NCBI RefSeq assembly: GCF_003966335.1
Contig: NZ_CP034549.1
Span: forward strand, 1,080,001 to 1,112,000
DNA from: Nonlabens ponticola
GTDB taxonomy: Bacteria > Bacteroidota > Bacteroidia > Flavobacteriales > Flavobacteriaceae
Direction of reading: 5' to 3'
Length of the DNA: 32,000 bases
This document shows, one piece after another, positions 18,694-27,648 of this stretch (positions within the stretch are counted from its first letter, which is position 1; each line of letters starts with the position of its first letter). The translations under genes and the position numbers were made by a program. The notes beneath the pieces are model-generated. The model was not told the origin of the DNA, ran no database searches, and worked only from the letters and a program-made list of their open reading frames with translations.

Positions 18694-20847
18694 TTATAGG
18701 TTTTCCTTAATAAAGTTGGTCATCTTGTTATAAAGATGAATGCGTGTATTACCACCGTAGATACCGTGGTTTTTATCTGGATAGATAGCCCATTCAAACT
18801 GTTTGTTGGCTTGAACAAGTGCTTCTATCATTTGCATGGTGTTTTGCACATGTACATTGTCATCGGCACTACCGTGAATAAGTAGATAATTACCTTTCAA
18901 TTTCTCCACGTGATTTATTGGGCTGTTCTCGTCATAACCGCTGGCATTTTCTTGCGGTGTGGTCATGTAACGCTCTGTATAAATGGTGTCGTAGTATCTC
19001 CAGTTGGTCACTGGTGCTACCGCGATAGCTGTGCTAAAAACATCATTACCTTTTAAAATACAGTTAGAACTCATAAAACCACCGTAGCTCCAACCCCATA
19101 TTCCTATGCGCTCTGCATCTACATAATCCATGTCGCCAAGTTGTCTCGCGGCTTCAATTTGATCCTCAACTTCATATTTACCTAGCTCTTTTTGTGTGAC
19201 TTTTTTAAAGTCGGCGCCTTTGAATCCAGTACCACGCGGATCTACACAAACAACAATGTAGCCCTCATTTGCTAGCATACTGTGCCAGTAATCGTTGGCG
19301 CCATACCAGCTGTTGGAAACTTGCTGCGAGCCTGGACCACTGTATTGAAACATTAATACTGGATACTTTTTACTCGCGTCAAAGTCTAGCGGCTTGATCA
19401 TATACATGTTGAGATCATTGCCGTTTACGTTGATGGTAGAAAATTCTTTAGGTGATAGTTTGTAATCTTCTAGCTTTACTAGCAAGTCATCATTGTTCTG
19501 TATTTCTCTAACGATTTTACCGTCTTTGGCTTGTTGCAAGGTGTAAACTGGTGGTCGCGTCGCACTTGAGTACGTATTGATGAAGTAAGTAAAGTTGTCA
19601 CTAAAGGATGCTCGGTTAGAACCTACCATTTTTGATAATTTCTTTTTGCTTTTGCCTTTCAATGTAACTGAGTAGATTCCGCGATTGATACTGCCATCTT
19701 CTGTGCTCTGGTAAAAAATGCGTTTTGATTCAGGATCATAACCATAGTAGGACGTTACATCCCAATTACCGCTGGTCAATTGCTTTTTTTCTTTACCGCT
19801 AGCGTCGTATAAGTAGATGTGTCTCCAGTTATCTTTCTCACTAGTCCAAAGAAAGTCACCATTATCGAGGAATGTCAAATCATCGGTAACATCAACATAG
19901 GCATCATCATTTTCTGTAAAAGCGATACTAGCATTTCCTGCTGGATCTACATAGTAGAAATCCAAAACGTTTTGATGACGGTTAAGCACCTGCGCAGCTA
20001 GTTGACCAGTAGGCGAGTAGTTGATTCTAGCGATGTAGAATTCCTCATCACGTTTTAGGTCAACGACCTTGCGTTCTTTGGTAGCAACATCATAAACATT
20101 GAGCGCTACAACACTGTTTTTCTCACCAGCTTTAGGGTACTTGAACACATAAGGTGATTGATATAATCCTCTACCATAAACATCCATAGAAAACTCTGGC
20201 ACCTCGCGCTCGTCAAAAGAAATAAAAGCTATCTGCTTTCCATCTGGGCTAAATTGGTAAGCTCTCACCAACGAGAATTCTTCTTCATAAACCCAATCAG
20301 TAACACCATTGATAAGCTCATTAGTCACGCCATCATCAGTTACCTGAATGGTTTCACCGCTTACAAGATCCTTGTAGTATAGATTGTTTTCAAAAACATA
20401 ACCTACTTTTTTACCATCTGGCGAGAAAGACGCGCTACGCACCAGATTGTTGCTCAATGGTTGTAGTTGCTTAGTTTTTAGATTATAGATGTGAACCTTA
20501 CTGTTGGCAGATCTTCTAAAGATTGGGATGCGCTGTGAGATGATCAACATTTGCTGTTCATCGTCGCTTAGTACATAATTCTGTATAGGCAGTTTCAAAT
20601 CAATGCTGGAAACTAAGGTTTCTAGCTGGTCACCAGTCTTGTAGCTATACTTGTCAACGGTCTGGCTGCGGTCTGCATTGTAATTGAGAACAAGGTATTC
20701 CTCACCATTTTTAAGAGATCGCAATGACTGCAATCCATCGGTGCGAAATTCTCCCGTATAAATATCTTCAACTGTGATGTTTTGTTGCGCGATGGCAAGA
20801 GGTGCGGCCAGTAAAAAAGCCAGCATCCATAAGGTATATTTTATCAT
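18694..20847 (-). CDS. S9B-family dipeptidyl peptidase IV
   Basis: 717-aa ORF with a signal peptide, an N-terminal beta-propeller-like region (DWVYEEEF), the catalytic Ser motif GWSYGG, then DDNVH and a final His context. Confidence 0.93.
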   Translation of the reverse strand: MIKYTLWMLAFLLAAPLAIAQQNITVEDIYTGEFRTDGLQSLRSLKNGEEYLVLNYNADRSQTVDKYSYKTGDQLETLVSSIDLKLPIQNYVLSDDEQQMLIISQRIPIFRRSANSKVHIYNLKTKQLQPLSNNLVRSASFSPDGKKVGYVFENNLYYKDLVSGETIQVTDDGVTNELINGVTDWVYEEEFSLVRAYQFSPDGKQIAFISFDEREVPEFSMDVYGRGLYQSPYVFKYPKAGEKNSVVALNVYDVATKERKVVDLKRDEEFYIARINYSPTGQLAAQVLNRHQNVLDFYYVDPAGNASIAFTENDDAYVDVTDDLTFLDNGDFLWTSEKDNWRHIYLYDASGKEKKQLTSGNWDVTSYYGYDPESKRIFYQSTEDGSINRGIYSVTLKGKSKKKLSKMVGSNRASFSDNFTYFINTYSSATRPPVYTLQQAKDGKIVREIQNNDDLLVKLEDYKLSPKEFSTINVNGNDLNMYMIKPLDFDASKKYPVLMFQYSGPGSQQVSNSWYGANDYWHSMLANEGYIVVCVDPRGTGFKGADFKKVTQKELGKYEVEDQIEAARQLGDMDYVDAERIGIWGWSYGGFMSSNCILKGNDVFSTAIAVAPVTNWRYYDTIYTERYMTTPQENASGYDENSPINHVEKLKGNYLLIHGSADDNVHVQNTMQMIEALVQANKQFEWAIYPDKNHGIYGGNTRIHLYNKMTNFIKENL

Positions 20848-20995
20848 AAGTATTGTGTGATGCTCAATAAATATTCCGCAAATCGGAAGTTCTTCAATTT
20901 TACTAAAAATTTCCCAATTTACACGGGTTTTCTGCGATTATCATTGGGATTCCTTAAACTCACACATTGTATATTTACAATCTTACTATTTGCCC

Positions 20996-22306
20996 ATGAG
21001 ACAACCTGTTCAAGGATTTTCCAGACTTTCCAAAACCGAAAAAATTGACTGGCTCATCGCCCATAATCTCAACAACGATCCTACAGCTCGCGAGATACTC
21101 TTGCAATACTGGAACAGCGACGAGAAATTACAGGAATTGCACGATGGCTTTAGTGAGAATACCATCTCAAATTATTATTTGCCGCTAGGTCTGGCTCCCA
21201 ATTTTTTGATCAATGACAAGCTCGTCACCATTCCTATGGTGATTGAAGAGAGTAGTGTGGTGGCTGCTGCCAGTAAGGCGGCAAAATTCTGGCTGGATCG
21301 CGGTGGATTCAAGACGACGATTAAGGGCACGACAAAATCTGGGCAGGTACATATTACCTATGCTGGATTGCGCAGTGAGATGGATGCTTTTTATGCTTTC
21401 GCGAAAGCTGACTTATTACAATCTACTGAGCAAATCAATGCTAGTATGAAAGCTCGAGGTGGTGGCCTGCTAGACTTGCAGCTGGTGGATAAAACCAAAG
21501 ATCTACAAGGATACTATCAATTGCACGCGACATTTGACACGCGCGATGCGATGGGAGCCAATTTTATCAATACCATGCTTGAGCAACTAGCGACGACATT
21601 TAGAGAAAAAGCTGCTCAATTTCAGGGCTTTTCTATTGCTCCACCAGAGGTTGTTATGAGCATCTTGAGCAATTATGTGCCAGATTGTACTGTTCATGTG
21701 GAGACTAGATGCAGTATCGATAAATTGGGTATCATCAACGGCATTAGCGGTGCAGACTTTGCCCGCAAGTTTGTGCAAGCCGTTGATATCGCCATTGCCG
21801 AGCCTTACCGAGCGGTAACACACAATAAAGGAATTATGAACGGCATTGATGCCGTGGTGCTTGCCACGGGAAATGACTTTAGAGCTGTAGAAGCTGGTGT
21901 TCATGCCTATGCCGCGCGCGATGGGCAGTATCGCAGTTTGACGCGCGCTAGAGTAGAGGACAACGAACTGATTTTTGAAGCAGAATTCCCATTGGCTTTA
22001 GGAACGGTTGGTGGATTGACTTCGCTGCATCCACTGGCAAAATTATCCTTACAAATTATGGGCAATCCCGATGCTCGTGAACTCATGTCTTTTACTGCCG
22101 TTTGTGGATTGGCTCAAAATTTTGCTGCATTACATTCATTAGTAACCACAGGAATCCAGGCAGGACACATGAAAATGCATCTAGCAAACATGCTGGAACA
22201 AGTAGGCGCAACCGATGCTGAAAAAGTCAAGTTAAGAGAAGCTTTTTCAAAGACCACACCTAGCTATTCTTCCTTAAAAGAAGAAATACAGAAACTAAGA
22301 TCCTGA
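20996..22306 (+). CDS. Hydroxymethylglutaryl-CoA reductase
   Basis: The track ORF starts at a TTG (20990). I prefer the ATG at 20996. HMGR motifs are present: EESSVVAAAS, DAMGAN, GTVGG, and the catalytic His context AGHMKMH. Confidence 0.93.
   Translation: MRQPVQGFSRLSKTEKIDWLIAHNLNNDPTAREILLQYWNSDEKLQELHDGFSENTISNYYLPLGLAPNFLINDKLVTIPMVIEESSVVAAASKAAKFWLDRGGFKTTIKGTTKSGQVHITYAGLRSEMDAFYAFAKADLLQSTEQINASMKARGGGLLDLQLVDKTKDLQGYYQLHATFDTRDAMGANFINTMLEQLATTFREKAAQFQGFSIAPPEVVMSILSNYVPDCTVHVETRCSIDKLGIINGISGADFARKFVQAVDIAIAEPYRAVTHNKGIMNGIDAVVLATGNDFRAVEAGVHAYAARDGQYRSLTRARVEDNELIFEAEFPLALGTVGGLTSLHPLAKLSLQIMGNPDARELMSFTAVCGLAQNFAALHSLVTTGIQAGHMKMHLANMLEQVGATDAEKVKLREAFSKTTPSYSSLKEEIQKLRS
21395..21408. 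repeat. Iterated palindrome GCTTTCGCGAAAGC, copy 6 (inside the HMG-CoA reductase gene, read as AFAK)
   Basis: Exact 14-mer. Confidence 0.95.
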
Positions 22307-23238
22307 TGCAAAAATCACAGTTGGTCGAGATAAAAGAGGAACGTTTTACCGCAGTAGGAAAATTCTTGATTACGGGTGAGTATGCTGTGCTGGACAACGT
22401 TGATGCATTAGCAATCCCTTTAAAGTTAAAGCAGCACCTATCTATTGAGCCCAAAGCTGAAAGTCAGATTGAGTGGATCGGTCGTGATGTAGATCAAAGC
22501 GTCTGGATGCATGAAAAATTCAAGATTGATGATACAGGAAGTGTCACACCAGATCCTGATAGCGCCTCAAAGCTTATTGAAGTGTTGCAAACTGCTTTGC
22601 AGCTAGCAGGAAAGGAAGGTTTTTCAAGTGGGTTTACGGCAACCACAACATTAGATTTTGATAGACAGTACGGCATGGGAACCAGCAGTACTTTTATTGC
22701 TATGGTTGCTCAATGGATCGGTTGTGATCCTTTTGAATTACAGTTCAAGACCTTTGGCGGTAGTGGTTATGATATCGCATGCGCGACGGCGAGCAAACCT
22801 ATCATCTACAATTACAACGATGCTCAACCAGAATATGATACCATAGATTTCAATCCTAGCTTCCATAAGAATCTCTTTTTTATTTATTTGAATCAAAAAC
22901 AGAACAGTCGTGATAGCATCGCCCAATTTGATGCCAGTAAATTGTCTGGCGAGATACGAGAAGAGCTGAATACGTTGCCTAAAAAACTAGTAAACGCTCA
23001 AGACGATCTTATACAATTTCAAGAATTGATTGTCCGTCATGAATTATTGATTAGTGAATTGATAGGTCTGGAACCAGTGAAAGAAAAACTCTTTGCAGAC
23101 TATAATGGCGCCATCAAATCTCTAGGTGGTTGGGGTGGCGATTTTATTCTTGCGGCTGGTGATCCTGAAACACCTACTTATTTTAGGTCTCGAGGTTATG
23201 AAGATATTTATCATTGGAACAATTTGATTGCTCATTGA
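22306..23238 (+). CDS. GHMP-family kinase, phosphomevalonate-kinase-like (contains the GYDIA motif)
   Basis: 310-aa ORF. The N-terminal GKFLITGEYAVLD resembles the PMK-type GEYAV motif rather than the mevalonate-kinase GEHAV motif. The phosphate-loop-like segment is GMGTSST, and GGSGYDIACA is present. Its start overlaps the HMGR stop (TGATG). Confidence 0.8.
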   Translation: MQKSQLVEIKEERFTAVGKFLITGEYAVLDNVDALAIPLKLKQHLSIEPKAESQIEWIGRDVDQSVWMHEKFKIDDTGSVTPDPDSASKLIEVLQTALQLAGKEGFSSGFTATTTLDFDRQYGMGTSSTFIAMVAQWIGCDPFELQFKTFGGSGYDIACATASKPIIYNYNDAQPEYDTIDFNPSFHKNLFFIYLNQKQNSRDSIAQFDASKLSGEIREELNTLPKKLVNAQDDLIQFQELIVRHELLISELIGLEPVKEKLFADYNGAIKSLGGWGGDFILAAGDPETPTYFRSRGYEDIYHWNNLIAH

Positions 23239-23260
23239 TAAAATCAAAAAGTACAATAGC

Positions 23261-23290
23261 AAAAAGCCTGCTCATCGAGCAGGCTTTGAT
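23261..23290. terminator. Bidirectional intrinsic terminator between the convergent GHMP-kinase and PpiD-like genes
   Basis: Perfect 11-bp stem AAAGCCTGCTC (23263-23273) / GAGCAGGCTTT (23277-23287) with a 3-nt loop. A/T runs lie on both sides. Confidence 0.7.
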
Positions 23291-23308
23291 ATTTACAGGC
23301 AGTAATTC

Positions 23309-25426
23309 CTAATAGAATACCGCTCTTTTATCTTCAATATCTGTTGCTTTTTTAAGCGCCTCAACCAGTGCAGATGTAGACTGATTTGCCGTGCGTTGCG
23401 CAACGATTCTAGCATCATTGGTATAATTCTCAAGTTCTGGTGCATTTTCGACACCTGTAACTTTAATCATAAAGACACCTTTCTCACCAGCAATAGCTTT
23501 TGAGGTAGCGCCTTCTTTTAAACCAAAAGCAGTTCCCACCACTCGTGGCTCTTGACCTACACCAGCAATGACTGGTGATTGACGGCTTATACCATTAGCA
23601 GTTTGGACAGTCACATTATTATTAGTCGCAACACTGTTCAAGTCAGTAGCTTTGATCTTGTTGATGATGATGTCTGCTTTTTTCTTGTTTCTCAAGATAG
23701 GTGTGACCTTGGCGCTAGCTTCTTCTGGAGTCATAACACCAGCCTTGCTTATTTTATTCACCTTGGCAACGACATAACCTTGCGTAGTTTCAAAACGTTC
23801 TACATCACCTACTTCACGACCATCTTTAAATGCCCATTGCACAATAGCACGATTGCGGCCTATTCCTGGTAGGTTTTCGTCTAGTTCTTTCAAGTTTAAA
23901 ACAGGACGTGGCGTCACATTGTATTCTTTGGCTAACTCGTCAAAGTCACCATCTTCTGCTGCTTGTTGGAATTTTTGGGTATTGGTGTAATTCTGTTTGT
24001 TGGTAGCTTTAGATGGAATAGATTTCTTTGCAACAGTAGCTAGTTTCAAGGCTTCTACAGGAGCAGATGTCTCATCGATACGTATCACGTGATAACCAAA
24101 ATCACTTTCAGTCACGCCTACAGTTCCTTCATTATTTGCATAGAGGAATTTTGTGTAGCCTGGTGCAAAATTTGCCGCATTACCAGAATACACAGTCCAG
24201 CCTATATCTTGAGCTAGGATGTCGTCCACATTTTCCTCATAGTAAGCAAATCTCGTGTCATACTTATCCTTGCTTTGACCTATAGTTCCTAGAATGCTAT
24301 CTGCGAGTTTTTTTGCCTCGTTCTTAGTACGATTCATATCAGATCCTGCACGAGTTGCGCCAGAATAAGGCACTAAGATGTGACGGTTCTTCACGCTGTC
24401 ACTAATGGTTCTTTTTTCTAGAACCTTAGTAATTTTAGAATATTCACCGTCTTTGTAAGGACCGTAAACTTCGCCAGTTTCAGTTTGTGCGAGTCTTGCT
24501 TGTGCAGCATTAAGATTAGAAACTAGAACATAACGATCATTGTATGGCAAGTCAGAGTTTGCATTTACAAACGCTTTAGAATTATCTGTGGTTTTCAAGC
24601 CTGGAGCATCTTCAGTTTCCTTAGTTTGCTCGTTGTATTGGTTTTGCTTGCCGTTAAGCAATGCAACCATCTCGTCATTGAGAGCCGCAACATCCTCATT
24701 GGATGCTTTGTCCTCAAACAATACATAAGTGATGTCTCTTTCGGCTTCAGCTTTAAATTGAGACTCGTGATCCTTGATGTAGCTTTTGATTTCAGATTTA
24801 GTTACTTCAACAGTTGAATCTGGAATGCTGCTGTAAGGTATGTTTACAAATTGAAAATCACGCTTATCATTCTCCATGCGATAGGCTAGCGCGCCATCAG
24901 CATTTGTTCCTATCACGCCTGATTTAAGAAGGGCAAAAAATTGAGCCTGGCGCACCTGGCTTGCTGCATTGTCAAGATCTTGTTGCCATCCTGCTGGATT
25001 GGATTGAGATACCTGATTTACAAACTGTGCAAATTTGGTTTCAGAAAATTGACCGTTCTCATCTTGAAATTGTGGTGCTCTAGAATAAGCGGCTTTTAAG
25101 TAATTACGCACTTGCTCATCAGTCACCTCAATGCCAGCTGCGTCAATCTGCTCTGCAAGAACGGCATCGCGTACTTTTTGATTCCACACAATATTTGCTG
25201 CCTGTACGGTAGATATACCTTGACGCTGATTCATAGTCGCCTCGACACTGTTGCTAAATTCCTGACGGCTCAACTCTGTATCACCTACATATCCTATCAC
25301 GTTCTCGTTACCGCTAGAAAAACTTCCTTGACGTATCAAATCGCCTATAATAAAGGCAAATAATGCCAGTGCAATGATGATGATCAGGAACAAGCCTTGA
25401 GATCTAATTTTACCTAAAACGGCCAT
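23309..25426 (-). CDS. PpiD/SurA-like periplasmic chaperone, parvulin-type peptidyl-prolyl isomerase, membrane anchored
   Basis: 705-aa ORF with an N-terminal TM anchor (GLFLIIIIALALFAFIIGDLI), a SurA-N-like region and parvulin-like segments (NRHILVPYSG ... FGYHVIRID). Confidence 0.85.
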   Translation of the reverse strand: MAVLGKIRSQGLFLIIIIALALFAFIIGDLIRQGSFSSGNENVIGYVGDTELSRQEFSNSVEATMNQRQGISTVQAANIVWNQKVRDAVLAEQIDAAGIEVTDEQVRNYLKAAYSRAPQFQDENGQFSETKFAQFVNQVSQSNPAGWQQDLDNAASQVRQAQFFALLKSGVIGTNADGALAYRMENDKRDFQFVNIPYSSIPDSTVEVTKSEIKSYIKDHESQFKAEAERDITYVLFEDKASNEDVAALNDEMVALLNGKQNQYNEQTKETEDAPGLKTTDNSKAFVNANSDLPYNDRYVLVSNLNAAQARLAQTETGEVYGPYKDGEYSKITKVLEKRTISDSVKNRHILVPYSGATRAGSDMNRTKNEAKKLADSILGTIGQSKDKYDTRFAYYEENVDDILAQDIGWTVYSGNAANFAPGYTKFLYANNEGTVGVTESDFGYHVIRIDETSAPVEALKLATVAKKSIPSKATNKQNYTNTQKFQQAAEDGDFDELAKEYNVTPRPVLNLKELDENLPGIGRNRAIVQWAFKDGREVGDVERFETTQGYVVAKVNKISKAGVMTPEEASAKVTPILRNKKKADIIINKIKATDLNSVATNNNVTVQTANGISRQSPVIAGVGQEPRVVGTAFGLKEGATSKAIAGEKGVFMIKVTGVENAPELENYTNDARIVAQRTANQSTSALVEALKKATDIEDKRAVFY

Positions 25427-25451
25427 GCTATATTTTTTAAATTAAAACGGT

Positions 25452-25473
25452 GGCGAAAATAGTCTTTTCCGCC
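25452..25473 (-). terminator. Terminator-like imperfect hairpin in the CNNM-ppiD intergenic region
   Basis: GGCGAAAA (25452-25459) pairs with TTTTCCGCC (25465-25473) with one bulged C. On the minus strand it is followed by ACCGTTTTAATTT. The T-run is offset and the stem is weak, so confidence is low. Confidence 0.35.
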
Positions 25474-25560
25474 AAATTATTAAAGTGAATGCCACCCTAT
25501 TTCACCGCTGAAATCACTTGTAAAGGTCTGTTGTTTGTTGAGTTGTGGGTTGATGAGTCA

Positions 25561-25574
25561 GCTTTCGCGAAAGC
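25561..25574. repeat. Iterated palindrome GCTTTCGCGAAAGC, copy 7 (intergenic, 38 nt downstream of the CNNM/CBS gene stop)
   Basis: Exact 14-mer. The right flank is GTAA. This is the only non-coding copy. Confidence 0.95.
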
Positions 25575-25612
25575 GTAATTCTCACCATCTACATTTTACT
25601 ACAAAGCTTGCG

Positions 25613-26887
25613 TTATTCTTCACGCACTATAACAAGTTTAACCAGGTCGATCTTATTATGGGATTTTTCTAGGATCGTAAATTGAAACTGGTCGATGATG
25701 ACTTCTTCACCTTCATCAGGAATATTTTCTGTCACGTGGACAATCAAACCGCCTAGTGTCTCGTATTGTTCACTTTCTGGTAATTCTAGTTTGTAACGTT
25801 CATTCAAATAGTCGACCTCGATTCTTGCGCTCAACTTGTACTCGTCATCACTTATTTGTGAATCGATCAATTGATCGCTGTCATGCTCATCCTCGATCTC
25901 GCCAAATAGCTCTTCTACAATATCTTCAACGGTGATTAATCCGGATGTACCACCATATTCATCCAGCACGATGGCAACACTCTTGTGGCGTTTGATGAGT
26001 AGATTTAAAACGTCCTTGACCAGCATGGTTTCTGGAACGTTTACAATATTACGGCGTATGCCAGCAATGTTTTCAGGTGATTTAAATAGGTCAAAACTAT
26101 GAACATAGCCAGTGATGTCGTCAATGGTATCATCATGGATTAAGATCTTGCTCAATCCGGTGGCGACAAACTTTTTACTTAGTTCCTTGATTTCGGTATC
26201 GCTGTGTACGGCAATCATCTCAGTACGTGGTACCATAACCTCACGAGCCTTGAGCCCACCAAAATCCAGAGCATTCTGGAAAATCTGTATCTCAGTATCG
26301 ACATCTTCCTGCTCTTGGGCGCTTTCCATTTGCTCTGTGATGTAGTTTCCTAACTCCAGTTTAGAGAACGACAGTTGTATCTCATCACCATCTGTCTTGA
26401 AGAAGGTCTTGAGAAAAAAGTCTGATATCTTGATGCAAAACCATGAAATAAACCAGAAGGCTAGGTAGAATAGATAGGCTGGGATCGCAAAGAACTTGAG
26501 TAACTCATTAGCATAGATCTGGAAAAAGACTTTAGGTAAAAACTCCGCAGTGAGTAGAATTACCACGGTAGAAATCAAGGTTTGAAGCAATAGCAATTGA
26601 AAACTACCTTCTAACAACGATGGATAGAATGATTGTAGCTGTGCCGTGAGCAAATCACCCATGACAAACCCGTAGACGACCAGCGCGATGCTGTTCCCTA
26701 TGAGCATGGTAATGATAAACTTAGATGGTTGTGCAGTAAGATTGCGCAACACTTTGCCTATAAAATCCTGCTGTCTTTTCTCGAGCTCTATATGAATCTT
26801 GTTAGAACTCACATAAGCGATCTCCATACCTGAGAAAAAGGCACTGAGCACCAGCATGGTGATGATAAGAAGAATTTGTAACAGCAT
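25613..26887 (-). CDS. CNNM/CorC-HlyC family membrane protein (DUF21 TM domain + CBS pair + CorC_HlyC; hemolysin-like/GldE-like)
   Basis: 424-aa ORF. The N-terminal four-TM region is followed by a CBS pair (REVMVPRTEM ..., VAIVLDEYGGTSGLITVEDIVEELFGEI) and a C-terminal transporter-associated domain. Confidence 0.9.
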   Translation of the reverse strand: MLLQILLIITMLVLSAFFSGMEIAYVSSNKIHIELEKRQQDFIGKVLRNLTAQPSKFIITMLIGNSIALVVYGFVMGDLLTAQLQSFYPSLLEGSFQLLLLQTLISTVVILLTAEFLPKVFFQIYANELLKFFAIPAYLFYLAFWFISWFCIKISDFFLKTFFKTDGDEIQLSFSKLELGNYITEQMESAQEQEDVDTEIQIFQNALDFGGLKAREVMVPRTEMIAVHSDTEIKELSKKFVATGLSKILIHDDTIDDITGYVHSFDLFKSPENIAGIRRNIVNVPETMLVKDVLNLLIKRHKSVAIVLDEYGGTSGLITVEDIVEELFGEIEDEHDSDQLIDSQISDDEYKLSARIEVDYLNERYKLELPESEQYETLGGLIVHVTENIPDEGEEVIIDQFQFTILEKSHNKIDLVKLVIVREE

Positions 26888-27081
26888 TATGGCTTATTGC
26901 GTTCTTCAAATCTACGACGGAAACGCCTCTTGAAGAAAAACATAAATACGGCGATGGCACCCATGAATAGGAGAACATAGGATCGAGATCGATCTATGTT
27001 CCATTCATAGATAGCAGTAGCAAAGAACAATAATGCAAATGCTACGTAGGCATATTCAAAGTATTTGAAAAATTTACTCAT
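26887..27081 (-). CDS. Small two-TM membrane protein with a basic tail, function unknown
   Basis: 64-aa ORF with two hydrophobic helices and the tail KRRFRRRFEERNKP. It is translationally coupled on both sides: an 8-nt overlap with the upstream gene and a 1-nt overlap with the downstream gene. Confidence 0.5.
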   Translation of the reverse strand: MSKFFKYFEYAYVAFALLFFATAIYEWNIDRSRSYVLLFMGAIAVFMFFFKRRFRRRFEERNKP

Positions 27082-27616
27082 CAGTTTTGTTTACGTAAAA
27101 GGTGTCGTTTGAATTGCGTACCAGCGCATCAGTCAAGGCTTCATTTGAATCAAGGATATCACCAGTGCTTTTTCCCGTTGTGTCAAAGTTGATGGTAAAT
27201 TCTTCATTGGTAAAAATCCATTCGGCTTTTTGATCCCAATAAAGCTGGTCACCATTAAAAACGGTTCCATCGCTAGATACTATTGTCACATTGCCTCGCA
27301 TATCTACCAGCTCTACAGCTTGATACAAGATGCCGTAATCTGATGTAATGGTAGTAAACACAGTGCTGTCTAGCGGCTGTTCATATACTTTGACGTACAC
27401 GCCATCTGGAAATTCCATATAGGGAAAGGCATCGTTGGTAAAGTCCAACATGCGTGGGCCTGCTAATGTAACCTTGATATAACCGCTGTCTGTATGTTTT
27501 AAAAGCATGTTCTCGATCTCGCCGATAGGTTCATTTGAGACTACCTGCATTTTTTCTATCTCCTTGAGATTATCAGTACATGCATAAAAACAGATCACGG
27601 CAATTGCCGTGATCAT
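27074..27616 (-). CDS. lptC: LptC-like LPS-export periplasmic protein (probable lipoprotein)
   Basis: The track ORF runs to 27682. I prefer the ATG at 27616, which gives MITAIAVICFYAC (lipobox-like) and removes the 34-nt overlap with the upstream gene. The beta-rich sequence follows an LptC-like pattern (MLDFTNDAFPYMEFPDGVYVKVY ... GDQLYWDQKAEWIFTNEEFTI). Confidence 0.6.
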   Translation of the reverse strand: MITAIAVICFYACTDNLKEIEKMQVVSNEPIGEIENMLLKHTDSGYIKVTLAGPRMLDFTNDAFPYMEFPDGVYVKVYEQPLDSTVFTTITSDYGILYQAVELVDMRGNVTIVSSDGTVFNGDQLYWDQKAEWIFTNEEFTINFDTTGKSTGDILDSNEALTDALVRNSNDTFYVNKTDE

Positions 27617-27648
27617 CGTTTTTAATATGTAGTGACAGGATTTTATCA

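Noticed and set aside
25613-26887. Calling the CNNM/CBS protein GldE (gliding motility)
   Set aside because: The domain architecture fits GldE, but it equally fits generic CorC/HlyC-type paralogues. No gldD-like gene follows, and the neighbours are an LptC-like gene and a ppiD-like gene. I therefore kept only the family-level call.
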